Of a stretch of DNA of 64,000 bases, positions 62,303 to 64,000 are shown piece after piece (the first letter of the stretch is position 1; each line of letters begins with the position of its first letter). This DNA comes from Callorhinchus milii (Eukaryota): NCBI RefSeq assembly GCF_018977255.1, contig NW_024704743.1:92444001-92508000 (forward strand). The letters are read 5' to 3'. The position numbers were made by a program, and so were the translations under genes. The notes under the pieces are model-generated. The model had not been told where the DNA came from and did no database searches. It worked only from the letters and a program-made list of their open reading frames with translations.

Positions 62303-62452
62303 AACAACAACAACAACAACAAGATTCCATTTATAGAGCGCCTTTCACGTCGGGAGGACGTCCCAAGGCGCTGGACAGTTGGGTCAGGATCCGAGTAGGG
62401 GGGAAATGGTCAGGGTGAGGGGAGGGAAGAGAGGGAGCGAGGAGGGGGTAGA
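62303..62452 (-). mobile_element. L2 3' fragment
   Basis: (AAC)n tail and 3' UTR near-identical to 34740-34875; possible TSD GAACA. Confidence 0.88.
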
Positions 62453-63254
62453 ACAGATCAATGGAGAAATATTTCGTATTTGGTGTACTTTTGCAACCCA
62501 TTCTGGGGTAGAAAATCTGGGAGACAAATGTTACTTATTTGTATTGGTTCATTGCTACTCAAATATTCTGAGAGTGTCATGTATCTAATCATAGCCTGGC
62601 ACATGGGATGTCCTCTGACTGGGTATTTATGGAATAAAACAAGGTCCTAACTCTAAGCAATTACAAAAGGGGAATTACAGAGTGATCTATCTCACCCAAG
62701 AACCAATATTTTATGAGCTTTAGGGCAAGGGCTGAAGTCATGGTTTTTACATACATCATCTTTATGTTTCATTAATTAACAAAAATACCAACCAGCCATG
62801 TCAATTTCTCAAATAGCTTTGAACAGAAAGCGATACTTACACAATATTCAAGGATTCAATAAACTTTTATTGAACGTGCGGCCAGAGTAAAAGGGATTTT
62901 CAAGACAAAATGTTGTGTCTTTATTGGCCATGTCCATGATGGTATTTCTTACCGTGAAAAAGGCTTGTGGAATTTTGCTAGGATTTTAAGAATGGTGGCA
63001 TTATTTTACTCTCCAAGGGAGAATTCAATGATGTCAATAATAGAATCTGGAGCGTGTTATACCATAACCAATCTTAAATTTATAGTGAAATTCTGTAGTT
63101 TTTTTTGTGGCATAAGGAAATCAATGGTATCAATATAAAAACATTAATTGGTGTAATTACATTGGATGTTGGCATACTTCCAGGTACTGGTAAAAAAATA
63201 ATATTTATGGAACTGATTTTCTTTGTTAAAAAACATAAATTAGTGATTTCAACC

Positions 63255-64000
63255 TCCACCAAAACTGTCCTTGCACTACTTCTGCTGACTTCACTGCCCT
63301 CCTCTTCTCCCTAAACCTCATCCTTCATATACATTCACTCACCCACAACTGTGGTCATGTCCTTGACCTTGTTATCACCAATGGCCTTGACATTTCCGAC
63401 CTCAGCATAGTGGACAAGGCCATCTCGGACTAGTTCCTCATCTCCTTCTCCTCCCACATCCCTCTCTCCTCCACCAAGCCCTCAACCATCCTCTACTGCC
63501 CTTGGAAAAGGCTATCTCCTGAGACCCTCACAAAGGCCCTCGCATCATCAAACATCCTATCCCTCTGGCCTTCCACCCACGGAGATCCTGAAGCAGCCAT
63601 CCAGCTGCTCCATGATCGCCTCTCCTCCACCTTCAACTCCCTTGTCCCCCTGAAATTCAGGACCATCTCCAAACCCACCCGATCCCCCTGGTATAACAAC
63701 CATCTCTGCTGCCTAAAAACCCAAACCCGGCTGCTCGAGCGTAGATGGCGGAAAACTGGCCTGACAGTTCACCGCCAACTGGCTTGAGCATCTCCACAGC
63801 TACTGCTGTCCTTTGATAAGCGCAAAAATGGCCTTCTACTCCAACATCATCTTGGAGGCTAAACACAACTCTAAAATCCATTTTTCCGCCACCCACTACC
63901 TCCTTCGTGCCCCCCCTCAGGCCTCCTCGATCTTCATATCAAATGCCAAAAGTGCGAGGAGGTCATAGACTTATTTTCATCTCATCCACCTGCCTCTTGT
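63255..64000 (+). mobile_element. Decayed L2 ORF2 (end of the APE endonuclease domain and linker), running to the window end
   Basis: THNCGHVLDLVITNGL..KAISD* (TH..G..LDL..SDH motif) and SPWYN..; homologous to 32660-33000. Confidence 0.8.

Noticed and set aside
62856..63314. Coding region or regulatory palindrome (TTCAATAA-ACTT-TTATTGAA)
   Set aside because: Short ORFs with no recognisable motif; an AT-rich 8-bp palindrome is expected by chance.

Overview
This is AT-rich vertebrate genomic DNA that looks intergenic or deep-intronic and is dominated by transposable elements. The repeat mix (L2 and CR1 LINEs, Deu-domain SINEs, LF-SINE-like copies, a tRNA-headed L2-tailed SINE and a Penelope-type terminal repeat) points to a cartilaginous fish, possibly a chimaera/elephant shark; this is inference only. 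I cannot support any intact host protein-coding gene: the recognisable ORFs are TE-derived and the rest look like chance ORFs. The largest structure is a decayed Gypsy LTR retrotransposon (31265-39651, minus strand) inserted into a DeuSINE. It carries a young L2 in its pol gene, and its 5' LTR is cut into four pieces by three further insertions, one of which is an unusual poly(A)-tailed element with an internal tRNA-like cassette. Other highlights are a TSD-flanked Penelope-type repeat with a degenerate minimal hammerhead ribozyme (42725-42834), a poly(A)-tailed LINE that is neither L2 nor CR1 (three copies), an L2 inserted antisense into another L2 at nearly the homologous position (long inverted repeat), three short-range templated duplications, and a duplicated 51-nt exon-like unit. 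Family names come from recalled consensus motifs, not database searches, and boundaries of old elements are approximate.
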